From Paraspadella gotoi (lineage: Eukaryota > Animalia > Chaetognatha), in assembly GCA_051294375.1 (NCBI GenBank), contig CM119266.1, positions 8,270,606-8,334,605 on the forward strand: a stretch of DNA of 64,000 nucleotides, given 5' to 3'. The notes under the pieces are model-generated. The model saw only the letters and a list, made by a program, of their open reading frames with translations. It ran no database searches and was not told where the DNA came from. This document shows, in pieces, positions 25,617 through 40,580 of this stretch (within the stretch, counting starts at the first letter, position 1; each line of letters starts with the position of its first letter). Made by a program: the position numbers and the translations under genes.

Positions 25617-28600
25617 AAACGATACGGTGACATCTACCGGCGCCGCTTCTTCGGTCGTCGATCTTTGAAGGATAACGACACTTCGAATAACCTCACTCAC
25701 GATAACGTCGCTTCGAATAACGCCAACCATGATAACGCCACAGTGAATTACGCCGACAGTGAAAAAGCCTCTGAGAATTTAAAGCGTGAAAAATTCATTT
25801 CTCATAACATCGATCACAATGAAACGAACTCCAGTAGTTTTTATCACGATTCTTCAACTCTGAATCAAGTGACCGATGTCAATGCCGCTTTAAATAATTA
25901 CCACCACGAAAATGATTTTTTAAATCAGGCCGATTGCAATATTACGACATCGACAAATATCTACCATAATATTACCGCTTCGAATAATGTTAACACCCCT
26001 TCCAACTCTGGCTCAGATAGTTCAACCCTTAATATCGACCACAGAGATGAATCTCCAAAAGACAATCACATAAGCTATGACATTTTGAAGAACAATGGCT
26101 GTAATCAATACACCGATTCGGATGATGTCTTTTTAAACGACGTTTACCACGACAACTCTGCATTCGCTCTTGCCAACCACAGTTTTAATTATTACAATAC
26201 TAACGTAAACCATTTCGCTTCGAACTATTCCAACGATCCCGACAACATTGGCCCAGAAACCTCCGGATCCAAAAACATCGCCCGTCGATCCTTCAACAAC
26301 TTCAAGATGTTCCATCGTCGGAACCTGAGACGTCGTTCCTCGTTGGACAGTTTCCCTTCGGAGGACTCGTCGATCGACCCGTCGTTTCGCCGAAATCTCC
26401 TCGGACAAATAATCGACGAACAGAGGGAAGATAACGTCGGAGGCGCCGAAGTTGATAACGTCTCTTCGCGGCGCAAATCCGCTGACGTCAATAACGTCCC
26501 TTCCTCTCGAAACTCAGCCGACGTTAATAACGCCTCTTCGCGGCGCAAATCCGCTGACGTCAATAACGTCCCTTCCTCTCGAAACTCAGCCGACGTCAAT
26601 AACGTAACTTGGTCGGGAGGGATCTTCAATCCTCGGAGACGCGCCTCGCTCAATTTCGACGATTTCTTTAAAACTAATCCTTTCGGGAAAAACGCGAAGA
26701 ACGACGACAACAACAACAACAACGAGAATAAAGACCACCGAAGCAGCAGAAGGACGAACGCTACCCGACTTCATTTCAATGGAAGCGCAGCAGCCGACGC
26801 TGCAGCAGTAGAATCGGCCAAAGCCTCTGAAGCAGCTAACGCAGCAGCTAAAGCAGCAGCCAACGACGACGACGACGACGACATCTTCAAACTTCGCAAA
26901 ACGAGTCTGGCTGAGTTTCGCTCTGATTTGCCTAGAGGAGTCCCGACGCGTAGCACGACGGCGCTAGGAAGACCGACGCCGCGTAGCGCGATGTTAGCGG
27001 AAGGAGCTAAGCCGCGAAACGTTGCGAAGTCGGGGCCTTTAGCTATGCCGCGTACAGTCTCGGTTGAGAGGGTAGCGCCTCGTAGCGTGATAGAGACCAG
27101 GAACGAAATCCACCGCAGCGTAGCGATGACGGATCACCTAGCGTTGCATAGTGCTCGACGTAGTTCGGCGCCAAAAATATTATCGGTGCCGATACCACCG
27201 CCGCGTAGCTTTCCGCTGCAACAACGTAGCGTGATGCCTGGAGAGAGGACGCCTCAGGGCTCGAGGAATCCTACGACGCAACAGCGTAGCGCTGCTCCGC
27301 GGGAAAAAGAGCGAAGCAACGCATCCCCAAAAGAAAAATCTAAGCGTAGTACACCGCCAAAAGAGAAAGAGCAGCGTTGCACACCGCCTAGGGAAGAGCG
27401 GCGGAGCACACCACCGAGAGTGTTTACTGCGTTACGCGAAAAAATGACGTCCAAAAGTTCAACTCAAGATGTCGCTGATGAAAACGATTCTAGGTACAGA
27501 GTTGTAATAAAGTTTTTAAGAATCATTTGGTTATTAATATATTATTTATTATTAAAATTAAATATAAAACAGAATTGTATAATTATTTCATTTAAAACAT
27601 AAAGACATAAATACCCATGAAAAGTTTTGAGAGAATGAAAGATAAAATTTTCTTTCTGTTTCTTTAGTACAGTATTTGTTAAAATTTAGATTTAGTTTTC
27701 TCACGAATAACCTAAAAATATTCTTAGCAATAATCTTAGGATAATATTTATCTCAGTTAAAATAATTCTTTTGATAAATGGCCAAATTTTTTTTAAAAAT
27801 TCTTTTCTTCCTTAACTTTTAATATTTAAATTGAGTTTATGATTTGAGGAGATTCTGTTTTTGAACCAATCGCCTCTCCACTTAAATATCTTATCTTTTT
27901 TACCATGGACAACCCGATTCCACCCGACACCACCAATCCATCTCCCCCACCCACCCTCCAAAAAAAAAAAGATCCAACCACCTCACCTGGCACATCCACT
28001 GTTCCTCCCTTCGCCCCGCCCTCAGCGAAGTTTGGTCCACCGAGACCGTGGGCGACATCTCCCGCCCTCCGCCTCCCGGCTTCGCTCGACGCCCTCTTCC
28101 CGCTCCCCTGATCGCAACTCCCGAGTTCGCACGAAATGCGATCCCCGCCCATTTGCTCGCATCTCCTCCCGAATTCGCGCGCAACGCCATCCCGGCGCAT
28201 TTGCTGGCGTCTTCCGGCAGCGGCGCGGCGCCTTATCCCGTGGTGCCGAAGGCGCGAATGTCTCGCTCTCTATCGTTGACGCCGCTGATGATTCATAACT
28301 TGACCCGGAAGGAGAATGGAAGCCCCGGGAGAGGAGGAGGAGGAGGAGGTGGAGGAGGAGGGAGAGAGAGAGGATCGAGTCCGGGCAGGGCGTCCGTAGC
28401 GTCGGCGTCATCGGCGTCATCCGCGGCGTCATCCAGCGCCGGTTTCGGTCAAGCGGCGCCGCCGCCGAAATTCAGAGCGAGAAGCCCGGCGCCGGCATGG
28501 AACCGAGACGCCATGTCCAACGAGGTCAGGAATGTTTTTCTTTTTAACGGTGCATGGTGTCGGGGAAGGGAAGAAGATCGGGTGACCACGTGACCACTGA

Positions 28601-28985
28601 CCAGGTGACCCGGTGATTAGATGATAATATGGGATCAGGAAGGAAGGAAGAAAGTTGTAGTCGGAATTGCGTATAAGGTGATAAAGACATTGGTCAGAGT
28701 TAGGATCACCCTTTGGGGTCATCAAACGCTTGATGGTCACTGTCCATTGGTCAGGGTACGAGTGAAATCGAATCATATGTAAAAATTGTATATTGTATAA
28801 GTTGGTTAAAATAAGATGGGGCGATAGGCTTATTGAGCTTCTTTGTCACTATGGATCATTGAGTCATTAGTCAACCGCTCCCTTAGAAAAATATTTCTTA
28901 TTCTGATATTTTAAACGTTTTAATTAGTTGTAGTTATTATTTCAGTGTTTGTATTTTTCTTTCATAGAAGATGAAACGTATTATA

Positions 28986-29075
<90 letters not shown>

Positions 29076-29286
29076 ACGTATTTTTTCATTTGTTTCAAAT
29101 TTTTTGTTTATTATGTATCATTCGAGAAAAGAATCGATTTTTTTTCTTCAGACTCAGATGTCGATAAACTTTAAGAAAAAAACAAAAGGGAAAAAGACTT
29201 TTGACAAGTTTTCCCCGCGAGGGGCGCTTATGGCGAAGCAGCTGAACGAAAATCGAAAGTTTTCAAACTTAACCGGTGTAAATTAA
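25617..29286 (+). CDS. Multi-exon low-complexity ORF with internal repeats. Exons 25617-27493, 27972-28524, 29152-29286 (or to a donor after 29277). Possibly 5' exons of the RhoGEF
   Basis: 1.9-kb open frame; phase-consistent GT-AG joins (DSR/SNHLTW, MSNE/TQMSINF); a duplicated motif with only synonymous differences confirms the frame of exon 2. Start exon not located; acceptors at 25616 and 27971 are purine-rich. Confidence 0.6.
26451..26606 (+). repeat. Coding tandem repeat: 36-bp units in a 72-bp higher-order dimer
   Basis: Encodes VDNVSSRRKSA-DVNNVPSSRNSA-DVNNASSRRKSA-DVNNVPSSRNSA-DVNNV. Confidence 0.9.
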
Positions 29287-31217
29287 TTTTTACCTAAAAG
29301 CTTTCAATTTTTTTTTTGTTAGAGTAATTAATTGATTTTTGAATATTTTTATTTCCTTTTTTTGTATGTACATTTATTTATTAATTATTCATATTTATGT
29401 ATACTGTATAGATAGACGAAGACAGAAGAAAATACAATATTCATGACTGAGATACAGTAAGAAACTTCTCTCTCTCTGACGTCGTTTCATGACATGACGC
29501 GTCAAATATTTTTCACGTTAGTTTTTCTTAAATAATGAACGAAACGAATATTATAATAATAATATGTATTTATAATTTTATGCTTTCATTCTTATAATAA
29601 TTATATTATAATTATGTAATATATATTCCCTTTCCTTTTTCAAGTTTTCTTTGTACTTCGTATTTTTATCTTTTCAATTTATTTTTTTTCTTCTTCAATT
29701 CCTTTTAGTTCTTGTCGTCATTCCATTTCTTTCCTTTTCACCGACCATTTAAACTCTCTCTCTCTCTCTCTGCTCTCTTCGTCTCCGTCTCTCCTCTCTC
29801 TCTCTCTCTCTCTCCTCTCTCTCTTCTCCTCTCTCCCCTTCATCACCCACCAATCACCACCAATAAATAAATCATGGCATCTCGCATCCGCCAAGTCATT
29901 ACCACCACCTGTTCCCTTCCACCTTCACCCGTCTCCTCCACCCTCTCCACCGCCTCACGTGAACGAACTCACTCACACGCAGTTTCCCATTTCACGTCTT
30001 TTCTTCGTCGTCGGCATGAGTCGCCTTCACATTTCCGAGAAATGAAGTTCAGGGACGGACTCAGTTTTTATCTTTCGCGGGAGAAAGAAGGAAAAAAGTT
30101 GACGAAGGACGAAAAGAAATACGAAGGACCGAACCGAGGTTGACGGAGAATCGAGTTTGCGAAAGGACAAATTGACTTTGTCCAAGGTCGGATTGACCGT
30201 TGGGAACGGTCAATGACGACGTAAGGGTCACGTCGCGATTCGGTTCCAGAGGGGATCTGAGTCAGGCGAGAATTGGCGGCTGAGAAAAGAGGTTGTAAAA
30301 GTGAACTATAGTCAAATCCAGGGAGGGATCAAAATAAGACTTCGGAGAAGATGAGACAAGGAAGATCATCGAGACAAAGTCGGGATCATGAAAGATCTCT
30401 GTCCAGATAGGATTAGGGTCGAGCGTAGATGAAGGTTAATATTTAAGTGACTATCACTTTTTAGTTTTACTTTTTTTCACGGAGACAAAAACAAATTTGA
30501 AAAAAGAAAAACCTTTTAGAGAAAAGACATTTTGTATTTTGCATAAAGATAAGAAGTTAATTTTTTTTTGTTTCTAAGAAAGAGAAGAGACAAAACTAAA
30601 AATATAAAAAATGATAAGAGAAAAGCTTTAAGAAAAATTAAAAAGATAAAATATTAAAAGGGGTCAAGGTGATGCAAAGAAAATGAATTTGTCTAATAAA
30701 AAAAAATCGTGACAGAGAGGAAAAGGCAAGTTGGCTCAGCTGAAGGACACACGAACTAATTCTCACGAGACGACAGCGACGACCATGACGACGACGACGC
30801 AACGGATGGCGCCGGCAACTCTGACGACAACAACAACAACAAGGTTCACGACTGGGAACCAAGTTCAAGTCTCTCTCACGTCGTTCACGTACGTTGAATC
30901 AGCGGGCATTCCTTTTCACGGTTTCCTGGTCTTGACTCTATTTGTTTTCTCTCTCTTTCTCTCTCTCTCTCTCCTTCTTCTCTCCTCTCTCTCTCTTATA
31001 TGAAATTCAATACATTATATATAAGTGTCAAAGGGTCCGTAAAATGATTTAGATTTAACGCTGTTTTTAAACTGGAAATTTAAAAAATTCGTTATAAAAA
31101 TTATTTTTAAACCAAACAACAAATGAACGAACGGATTGCATCCTGAGCAAATTTTTGGCTCTAATTTAAAATGAACCCAACTCTTTACGTCCCGGCATTC
31201 TCTCTCTCTCTCTCTCA

Positions 31218-31248
<31 letters not shown>

Positions 31249-31952
31249 CTCCTCTCTCTTTCTTTCTTAGATCTCTCCATTAATCAAAAACAAGAATTAA
31301 ATTCCATTGGCATCGCCTCTCTCTCTTTTCTCTCTTCTTCTCCTTCTCTCTCTCTTCTTCTCTCTCTCTCTCTCTCTTCTCTCTCTTCTCTCTTCGGTGA
31401 GTCAGAAATGAAAATTGGCAAAGAAAAACCAAACTTGGTCCAGTTTCTCAAATTTTCGGAGAAAAACGAGGAAAACAAAATTCAGTGAGGAAACATTTTA
31501 TACTGATCAACTTTATCTGTTGTCGTCATCTTCTTCTTCTTCTTCTTCGTCGTCGTCGTCGTCATCATCGTCGCGGCAATCACTGTCATCATCGTCGTCG
31601 TCGTTGTCGTCGTCGTCTTCATCCTCTTCTTCGATTGACCTCCAATTCGACCGATAATCACACGAGAATCTTTTTGTTTGCTAAGTAACCATGCCAACTA
31701 TGGTGCTTTTGTTGTTGTTGTTGTGGTCGTCATCCACGTCTTCGTCGTCGTCGTCGTTGTCGTTGTCAGGCATAGACCACAGTTGTCTTGTTTGCGTAAA
31801 CATCGCCGTCGTTGTCATAGTGATTTTCTTGTTATTCTTTTTCCAGATTCAAGTTTTTTCCCATTATATCGTTGACAGATTTACACTTAACTAGGTCGAA
31901 TTAATAAAACTGAAGTTAAATTAAGGTGGTTAGATAATAGTGAAAGATAGAC

Positions 31953-32273
31953 AAACAAGAATGTGTTGCGCCGCAGTGACTTTATTTTTACGTGTATTTC
32001 CCTTTGATCACATGACATGACATGATATGACGTGAATAAAAAACTTTTTTGCCCGTTTATGTATGACATGCACTGCATCGAAATTCCGTCTTTTATTCTT
32101 TATAGTTTTAGGAATTCTTTTAACAAATAAGCAACCAACTATAGGCAAATTATATGCATTTTTAACGTAAGTGGGACAGACCGAAGGACAGACATACCGA
32201 ATGACCAACCGACAGACCGACCGAAAAGTGACTTATAGAATTGCTCCGCGAGTACTCGCGGCGCTTCTAAAAA
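31953..32273 (-). mobile_element. HINE family A, near-complete copy
   Basis: Subterminal IR GTTGCGCCGC (31965-31974) / GCGGCGCTTC (32258-32267), CCGCGAGTACTCGCGG palindrome, GACA/GACC repeats, T-rich ends. Confidence 0.72.
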
Positions 32274-32599
32274 TTGTGATATTGATTCGTTCCAAGCGAA
32301 AATGAGAGAAAGGAATTCTGAAACAAAATGATTGTTGCATTAGTATCAGTTAAAATTTTGAATATGTGAAATACCCGTCACTTGTATCTTTCTGTTGTGG
32401 CTTTTATATAACAATGTAGTTTTCACTTTTACTTTACTATTCTTCTCATCGTTTTCGTCTTCTTTAATGTCGTCGTCGTCGTCGTCGTTGTCGTCGTCGT
32501 CGTGAACTAAACTGTTTCGGTCAAGAGCGGACATAAAAATTAAGTAATGAATGCAATAAAAAGGAGAAAAACAAAGAGAAAAAAAGTAATTCGATCTTC

Positions 32600-32673
<74 letters not shown>

Positions 32674-32871
32674 GAGAGAGAAGCTAAAGGAAAGATCCCG
32701 GATGTGTCGACCCTAACATCGTATTAAAATTATTAATGAGTATAAAATATAAAATATAAAAAGAATAAGTGGGGATTCTTTTCCTAAAAGTCAAACCTTG
32801 AAAATTTGGTTTAAAAAAAAAAAGGAAATATAGAGTTCGACTTTTCTACTCTTTGTGAGGCCTATCAAGAG

Positions 32872-32920
<49 letters not shown>

Positions 32921-33243
32921 CTCTCTCTCTCTCTCTCTCTTTTCTCTCTCTCTCTCTCCTCTCTCTTCTCTCTCTTCTCTCTCTCTCTCTCTCTGTTATT
33001 CTCTCTCTAATTCTCTATTCACACGACGACTTTTATATCTCTCACGTAGCACTTTCTCTGCGGATTTCATTCTCCTATCTTTCTCTCTCTCTCTCTCTCT
33101 CAATTTCTATCTTTCTTTCATTCATTCATTCATTCATTCATTTCATTTTTTTTTAATTTCTTTATTTCTTTATTTGTTTATTTCTTTTATCTCTTTCTCT
33201 GTAGGTTCATGAAATTAAAAAGAGAGACAGAAAAAAAGAAAAA

Positions 33244-33323
<80 letters not shown>

Positions 33324-34562
33324 AAAAAAGAAAAAAAGCCAAGCAAGGACTAAGGCTGGGAAAAAATCCCTGAGTTGGTTTATATCCCATTTCCCTCGGC
33401 TGCGTTCTCGGGTAAGGATAAGGGGTAAGTTAACGAGGGTAAGGGGGGTTTGAGCAAGGGTGGGGGTGGGTGAGAAAGTTCATTGAAAATTTAGCAGAGA
33501 GAGACTATTAAGTGTCGGTGTTTTGGGGTTTTCTAAATTAAGATTAGGATGTTAAAGAATCTAAAGTAAACTTTATTTAGCTTTAAAAGAAGTGAGTTTA
33601 TGAGATAAGGAAAATGAAAAATAATAAGGAAGAAAAGAAAGGAAAAAAATGTAAGGAATGACCAGGAATAACTAAGGCAGAATCATCATTTTGTGAGGAC
33701 AATGTTCTTTTAATTGAGAAGGGGGGAAGAGGAAAGGGCTGGTCTGGGGGACTAGAGGGAGGAAGAGGAAGAGGAATACGAAAATCCGGGGTGGGGGCAA
33801 AAGGAGGAAGAGGAAGAGGAAAGCTCTGGACTGGGGAAATAGGAGGAGGAAGAGGAAGATGAGTCCGGCTGAGGTCATCGATTATTTTGCTTCTTTAATC
33901 GATTCATCAATTTGAGGAAGATAGAGGGAAAGAAGGGGGAGGGGGGGAGGAAGGATGGGAGGAGGGTGGTAAGAAAGGAGGAAGGGAGAAGATAGTAAAG
34001 GGGAGGGGGAAGAAGGCGGGAGAGATTAAGGATTAACAGAAATTGGTAGGGGAGTGGCTAAGGAGAATAGGAGAGTAGGGGGAAATAAAGGGGGAAGGGA
34101 GTGACATAAAATGGATTCGTGGGGGATGGTAGGAATTAAGAAAGGGGGAAGGGAAGGAAATAAAATTGATTCGGGGGGATGGTAGGAATTCAGAAAGGAG
34201 TGTAGAGGGAGAGAAAAGCAGATTGAAAAAGGGAAGTAGAGTGATGAACAGAAGAGAAAAGAAAAAAAAAGGTACGATAATCGTGAAAGGTAAATCCGTT
34301 TGAATGGACCAAATTAATTCCTATTAATTTCTATATTCAATATTCGATGTTCTATATTACATTTTGCCCTCGACGGTCGATTAATCGATGGCGCTGCTCA
34401 TTTTTCGTTTCTTTCACGAATCGCGCGAAATTCGCAGTCATTCACATTTCACAATCACCCGATTCTGACCCGGAGCCCAAAAATTGATCCAGAGTCAATG
34501 ATGAGCTCCTCATCCGGTTCATATTCGGCGCCGTTTGTTTGATGGAGTCTTTAATCCTATCA

Positions 34563-34692
<130 letters not shown>

Positions 34693-36106
34693 GTTATTGT
34701 CTTGACGTGATTTTCACTCGTGGTAACATTGGGTAAATACTAAATTTTGATTATGAGAGTTAATTTTATATATTTTAATATAATATTAAGCAATTTGTGG
34801 TTTAAGTTATGCATTTTCAGCCACAGTCGTGAATGTGATTCCGATTTGTGGTCACGCGATTCACGACTTTTCTTTATTTTGAGATTCGATTCGATTCTAA
34901 GACGACGACGACGACGAAGATGACGACGACGACGACGATCGAAAAAATCTTGTCTTTTCGAAGATACGAAGAATCCTCCTTGTTTTTATTTGTTCTTCTT
35001 CCTCTTGCTCCTCCTCCTCCTCCTCCTCCTCTTCCTCCTCCTCTTCACCTTCGTTCCATCGAGTTTCTCATATTCATCTCTCACTCTCTCTCTCTCTATT
35101 TCTGACTCCGTCTCATTCTTCCATCGATCGATGTTTTTATTTAAAAAAAAGTAAAAAAGTGAACAAAAAAAAGTCACATTCTCCAGAAAAATAAAATCTT
35201 TTCCTCGATTTTTCTCTATTTATTTCTTGTCGACCTCGGAAAAGGTCAGTTTTTGGCGGCAGAGTCATTGTTAAAAAAAAATTCTCAAAATATCTTTAAT
35301 AAAAAAAACCATACAACTTGAATTGAATTTTTTTTTCAAAGAATCGTGGAAATTAAATAAGGAAAAAAAAGGAAGGTGTAAATGTCAAATTTGCCTCAAA
35401 ACTTTCTGTTTATATTCTTAAGTCAGAAGAAAGAAAAACCGAACACAAATATTAAAAATTTAAAAAGACAAAATTTTAAAAAAATCAAGAGAAATTTGAA
35501 AAAAAATTGAAAAAAACTGAAGAATTTCATAAAAACAAAATTAAGATAAAAAGTTGGAAGCCAAAAGTGAAAAAAAGAGATACTAGTTGAAAAATCTCTC
35601 TGATTTGAAAGTCATCAAAAGCCTCACAAGCACTTTGCTTCCATTTAGCAAGCTTTCCTGCTTTCCATTCGAAAAAGATAGATTTTTGACATCGAATTCC
35701 ATTTCTTCATCAATTCTAGCGAATATCGAACCTTCGCTTAAATTCTTTCATTTTACGAACTCAAATTTTTTATCGAGTGAAAATTTCGAAAAGCGTGACT
35801 CATGATTTTCCAAGACACAAACTAACTTTCTCTCCGGAACTCAAATACAATCGATAAATATATTTAATCGCAAATCCTCACAAATCCGCACTAAATTCTC
35901 CGAAATATATAAAGCGAAAAAAAAAGAAGAATAAAAATGAAAGAAAAAAGAAAAAATATTAAAACAAAAACTTAAATTATTTTTTTTTTTGAGTCGAAAG
36001 AATTTTTGCGACTCGAAATTCCATCTTTGATCACGTGACTTTTATTCGGTCACCGAAATTGAAAAAAAAAAGAAAGAATTAAAAAAAAAGAATTAAAAAA
36101 AGAAAG

Positions 36107-36418
36107 ATGCCGTCGTTCACCTGGCCGTCACGAACCAACGGAACTTTGGTTCAACATCATCATTCTCGGTCTTCGTCGTCGTCGTCGACGTCACCGTCGT
36201 CGTCATCGTCGTCGCCGACGTCGTCGTCCTCCAACAGCTCCGGCTTCCTCTTTCCCTCCTTCAACGGTGGCGGCGGAGGCTTCTACAGCAACGGCGTCTG
36301 TAGCAACAGCGGCTACAGCAACAGAAAGAGTCGCATCTCGCCGACGCCGCGTCGTAAAATCTCTCGTCCGCTATTAGTCATGACATCGGCGCCGAACGAC
36401 AGAATCATTTTTAGTTCG
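36107..36418 (+). CDS. Candidate alternative first coding exon of the RhoGEF (MPSFTWPSR...RRKISRPLLVMTSAPNDRIIFSS)
   Basis: AAAGATG start, GC-rich codons like the other exons, phase-0 GTAAAG donor at 36419 compatible with the phase-0 exon at 45309. Confidence 0.45.
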
Positions 36419-37436
36419 GTAAAGTTAAAAACTGTTTTATTTTAATAGTTTTTATGGAATTATTAAAATAAAATAAAATATTTTGATATATAGTAATAGC
36501 AGAAAATAAAAATAAAATTGTATTGCATAGGTTAAATTTTCTCCACACATACTGCATAACTTTTTCAAACAGCTGCCTACCTATAACTGTCAAAATTAAG
36601 TATTTTTTAAAAATTCATTAAGCATTCCGTGTACAATAAATGAAAACCGGTTGCTTTTTAAACGTTCTTCTCACTAATGAGTCATAAGTTAAATGTTTCA
36701 GCGATTGTTGTGCTTCTTTATTATCCAGTTCTTCTTGGAATAAGCTTTTTACATTTCTAAAAATAACCTGGCTCCAAATCAACGTCAGATCTTAAAAAAA
36801 GTGAATACAATTTTAATTTTCTTTTTATTTCTTGTTTATTGTCATTTTGTTTGGATAGCGCAGGGGAGGCGCCCACCTTTTTCAGTCAAGACGATATTAA
36901 TATTTTGACAATTTTCTTTTTTATACAAATTTTATGTTTTGATAAAAAACGTGGGATTTTTATCGACGTCGACTTTCGAACCGAGATTATTCTCGAAACT
37001 TTTTCTTAGTTTCTTTTCGTTAGTTTTTCTTTATCTGTTTGTTATAAACGTGATTAAATTTGCTTTATTTATAAATTCTAGTGTGTAAGGTTGATTTCTT
37101 TATTCATTTTCCAATTATTTTATTATATTTATCCTAGAAGTTACTTTTTTCTTTTTTATTCTATTAATTCTTTCCTGGTTTCAAAACGTTTTATTTTTTA
37201 CCCTTCACTCTTTTAGTTTTCCTTTTATCCACTCTACTTTTCTAAATTCACTTTTCTATCCACGTTTCTTTCCATTTTTCATCTTCTTTCCACTTTTCTT
37301 TCTGTCTTTCCTCCTCTTTCCACTTTTCTTTCCATCTTTCCTCTTCTTTCCAATTTCAACTTCTCGCCCTTCACCTTTTGACGACGAAACGAACGTGACT
37401 TTGGAAAGAGGAAAAAGATCAGGGCCGAAGGATGGA

Positions 37437-37492
<56 letters not shown>

Positions 37493-37884
37493 AAAAAGTA
37501 TAAATAAGTATAAATAAGTATAAATAAGTATAAATAAATATAAATAAAAATAAATCAATCAATCAATAAATCAGTAAATCAATAAATCAATAAATCCATC
37601 CGGATTATTAGTCAAATCAAATTGTAATTTTGATCCTGCTTACATAATACATATATGGCATTAATAACACGTTTATAAAATTGCTTATATTAGCTCACAG
37701 AAACAAAGGTTAGACAAACATATGGATACAAAAATATCATGCGAAGCAAAGCAATGCAAAAAAAATGCAAAAAGAGGCTTTTCTCCATTCGAAAGCCGAC
37801 GGCAACAAAGTCAAACCTAATCACGTCAGAATCTGACCAAGAGAAACACCCTGAAGGTTCAAAAACTGTTCCTCTATGACGTCA

Positions 37885-37976
<92 letters not shown>

Positions 37977-38098
37977 AAATCCAAAGTGAAAACAAATGAA
38001 AACAATTTTAAATCTCAGAGTCGCCGGTTTGACGTAGACAGGGATGGAGACAATCCCCGAGGGGGGTTTTCGACGTTATCTGAGAGAGAGAGAGAGAG

Positions 38099-38140
<42 letters not shown>

Positions 38141-38871
38141 CATCCTGAATATCTGACTGGATTTAAGGGGTGAACGACTTTAAAAAATCTTTAATTCGTT
38201 GATTCCGTGATTTTCGAGAAGCGAAAAAGATTTCTCACTTTTTTTTATTGAGGAATTTCATCGTCGGTTGTTTTTTCAGTTGTTTCTTTTTGTTTTGTTT
38301 TGTTTTTTTTATGTTCTATAGTTTGTGTCTTGATCGTACAAATTCTGTTTGTAAAAAGTCTTTTTTGTAAATTTTCCCTTTGATTTAAGCTTTTCGTATA
38401 TTTTTTAATAATTTTTTAAAAATATAATTTCCTTCTTTTCTTTTCTACTCCTTCCTTCCATTCTTCCATCAAATTTTCCGCTTCCTCCCTTCCTTTTTCC
38501 TTCCCTTCATTCTTTCATTCATTCATTCCTTCCTTATTTTTTCCTTTCTTCTTTCCTTTTTTTCTTCCCTCCCTCCCTTCCTTTCCTTTCCTTTCCTTTC
38601 CTTTCCTTTCCTTTCCTTTCCTTTCCTTTCCTTTCCTCTATCAAGTAAACTTACCATAACTTACTATCTCAATCAACTCGAAAATCCATCTCGTTTTTTC
38701 GATCCCAAATTTCGTTTACCTTTTGTCTTATTTTCGGATCAAAAATCGAAAGATCGAATTTAAAAAAAAAAAAAAAGTTGAATTCTCATTTCCGTTTTAT
38801 TTCCCGAGTCTTTTACTGTGAAATTTTCTCACCTGCGCCTCTTTGTTATTTTCTAGTCTCTGTCCTTCTCT

Positions 38872-38931
<60 letters not shown>

Positions 38932-40490
38932 CCTCTCTCCCTCTCTCCCTATCTCCCTCTCTCCTCTTTCTCTCACACAGAGGAAAAAGGGAATAATCAA
39001 TAAAATTATCCGCAGAGAAAAAAAAAAGGAAAAGCTCCTTTCGCTGTTTAGGATTTTGCGCCAAATTCCTTTCTTTTCTTTTTATTCCCCTTTTCCTTAT
39101 TTTCTTTTCTTTTCAATTTAATCTTAATATCTTTCGACTCATCTTTGCCCCATTTTCCTCTCTCTCATTCCTCTGCTTTCCCCACCTTCTTTCTCAAATC
39201 TCCCTCTCTTCCTTCATATTTTATTCTATTCTATTATATTCTATTATATTCTATTTAATTCTATTCTATTCTATTATATTCTATTTAATTCTATTATATT
39301 CTATTTAATTCTATTCTATTCTATTTAATTCTATTCTATTCTATTCTATTCTATTCTATTCTATTCTATTCTATGAAATTGCTACAACCAATATAAAAAT
39401 TATCCACTCATTTAATGATTAAGCTATCTTGCCTCTGACTTCGGACTTGCTATGGTGGTTAAGCTATCAATTAACACTCTCTCGCACTATATTCTATTCT
39501 ATTCTATTCTATTCTATTCTATTCTATCCTAGTCTAACTTATTCCCGCCTCTCTCCTTCTTTTCCGTCTTCTTCTTTTCACTTCTTCCCTCGATAAAATC
39601 CCTACTCCATTCACTTCCTATTACATCCGGGGAAGGAGGGAAGAAATCGGATTAGGATGAAGAAGAAGAGGAGAATTAAGCGGAGATTTAATGTCGCGTT
39701 GTAATATATTGTAGATAAAAAGGAAAGAGAAAAAAACGATTGGATTGCATAACGAATTTCACTCTCTGGATGCAACTGATGTGTTGCAGATGACTGCACT
39801 CGGGGTATAACCGCTGATCGCATCGACATGTCGTCGTCGTCGTCGTCGTCGTCCTTGTCGTCAGTCGAACAATCGTCGTCGACGTCAAATCTATTCGCTA
39901 ATTGAGTCCTCAACAACAACAACAACGACAACGATCTCATCAACGGTCTGGCAGATTCCCTTGCCGCGAATTCCCCGTCGCATGATGAGCGGCTGATTGC
40001 GTCACGTTGCAAGGAGTCGTGATTGCGGCGTCACGCGAAAGAAAGTCACAACGACAACAACAAAAAAAGAAAACAACAACAGCGAAATGTTAACGAGTTA
40101 GATTTTTATTTAGATGTTTACGTTGTGCGCAAGAGATTTTATCTTATGATTGCAAGATTTGAATTTGTTTAACTTTAACTTGTTTTCATTGTTTGACGTT
40201 ATCATCGATTCATTTCATTTGAACTTTTTTTTTGTTTACGTCGTATCAGTTTTGTTGCAACAACAATTACGACGACGACGTCAACGGGTATCACTCACTC
40301 TTTCTTTTTTTCTTATTTTTTTTCTTTTCTTACTTTTTTAGTCCTTTTTTTCTCTACATTCTATTTTTTCTCTTTTTTTTATCTCTTTTTTTTTCTTTCT
40401 TTCTTTCTTTTTTTTTCTTTCCACAAAAAAGCGATTCTTTTATTAACTATTAATGAGCTTGATTCTTCCTATAACTTGCCCCAGCTCGCC

Positions 40491-40580
<90 letters not shown>

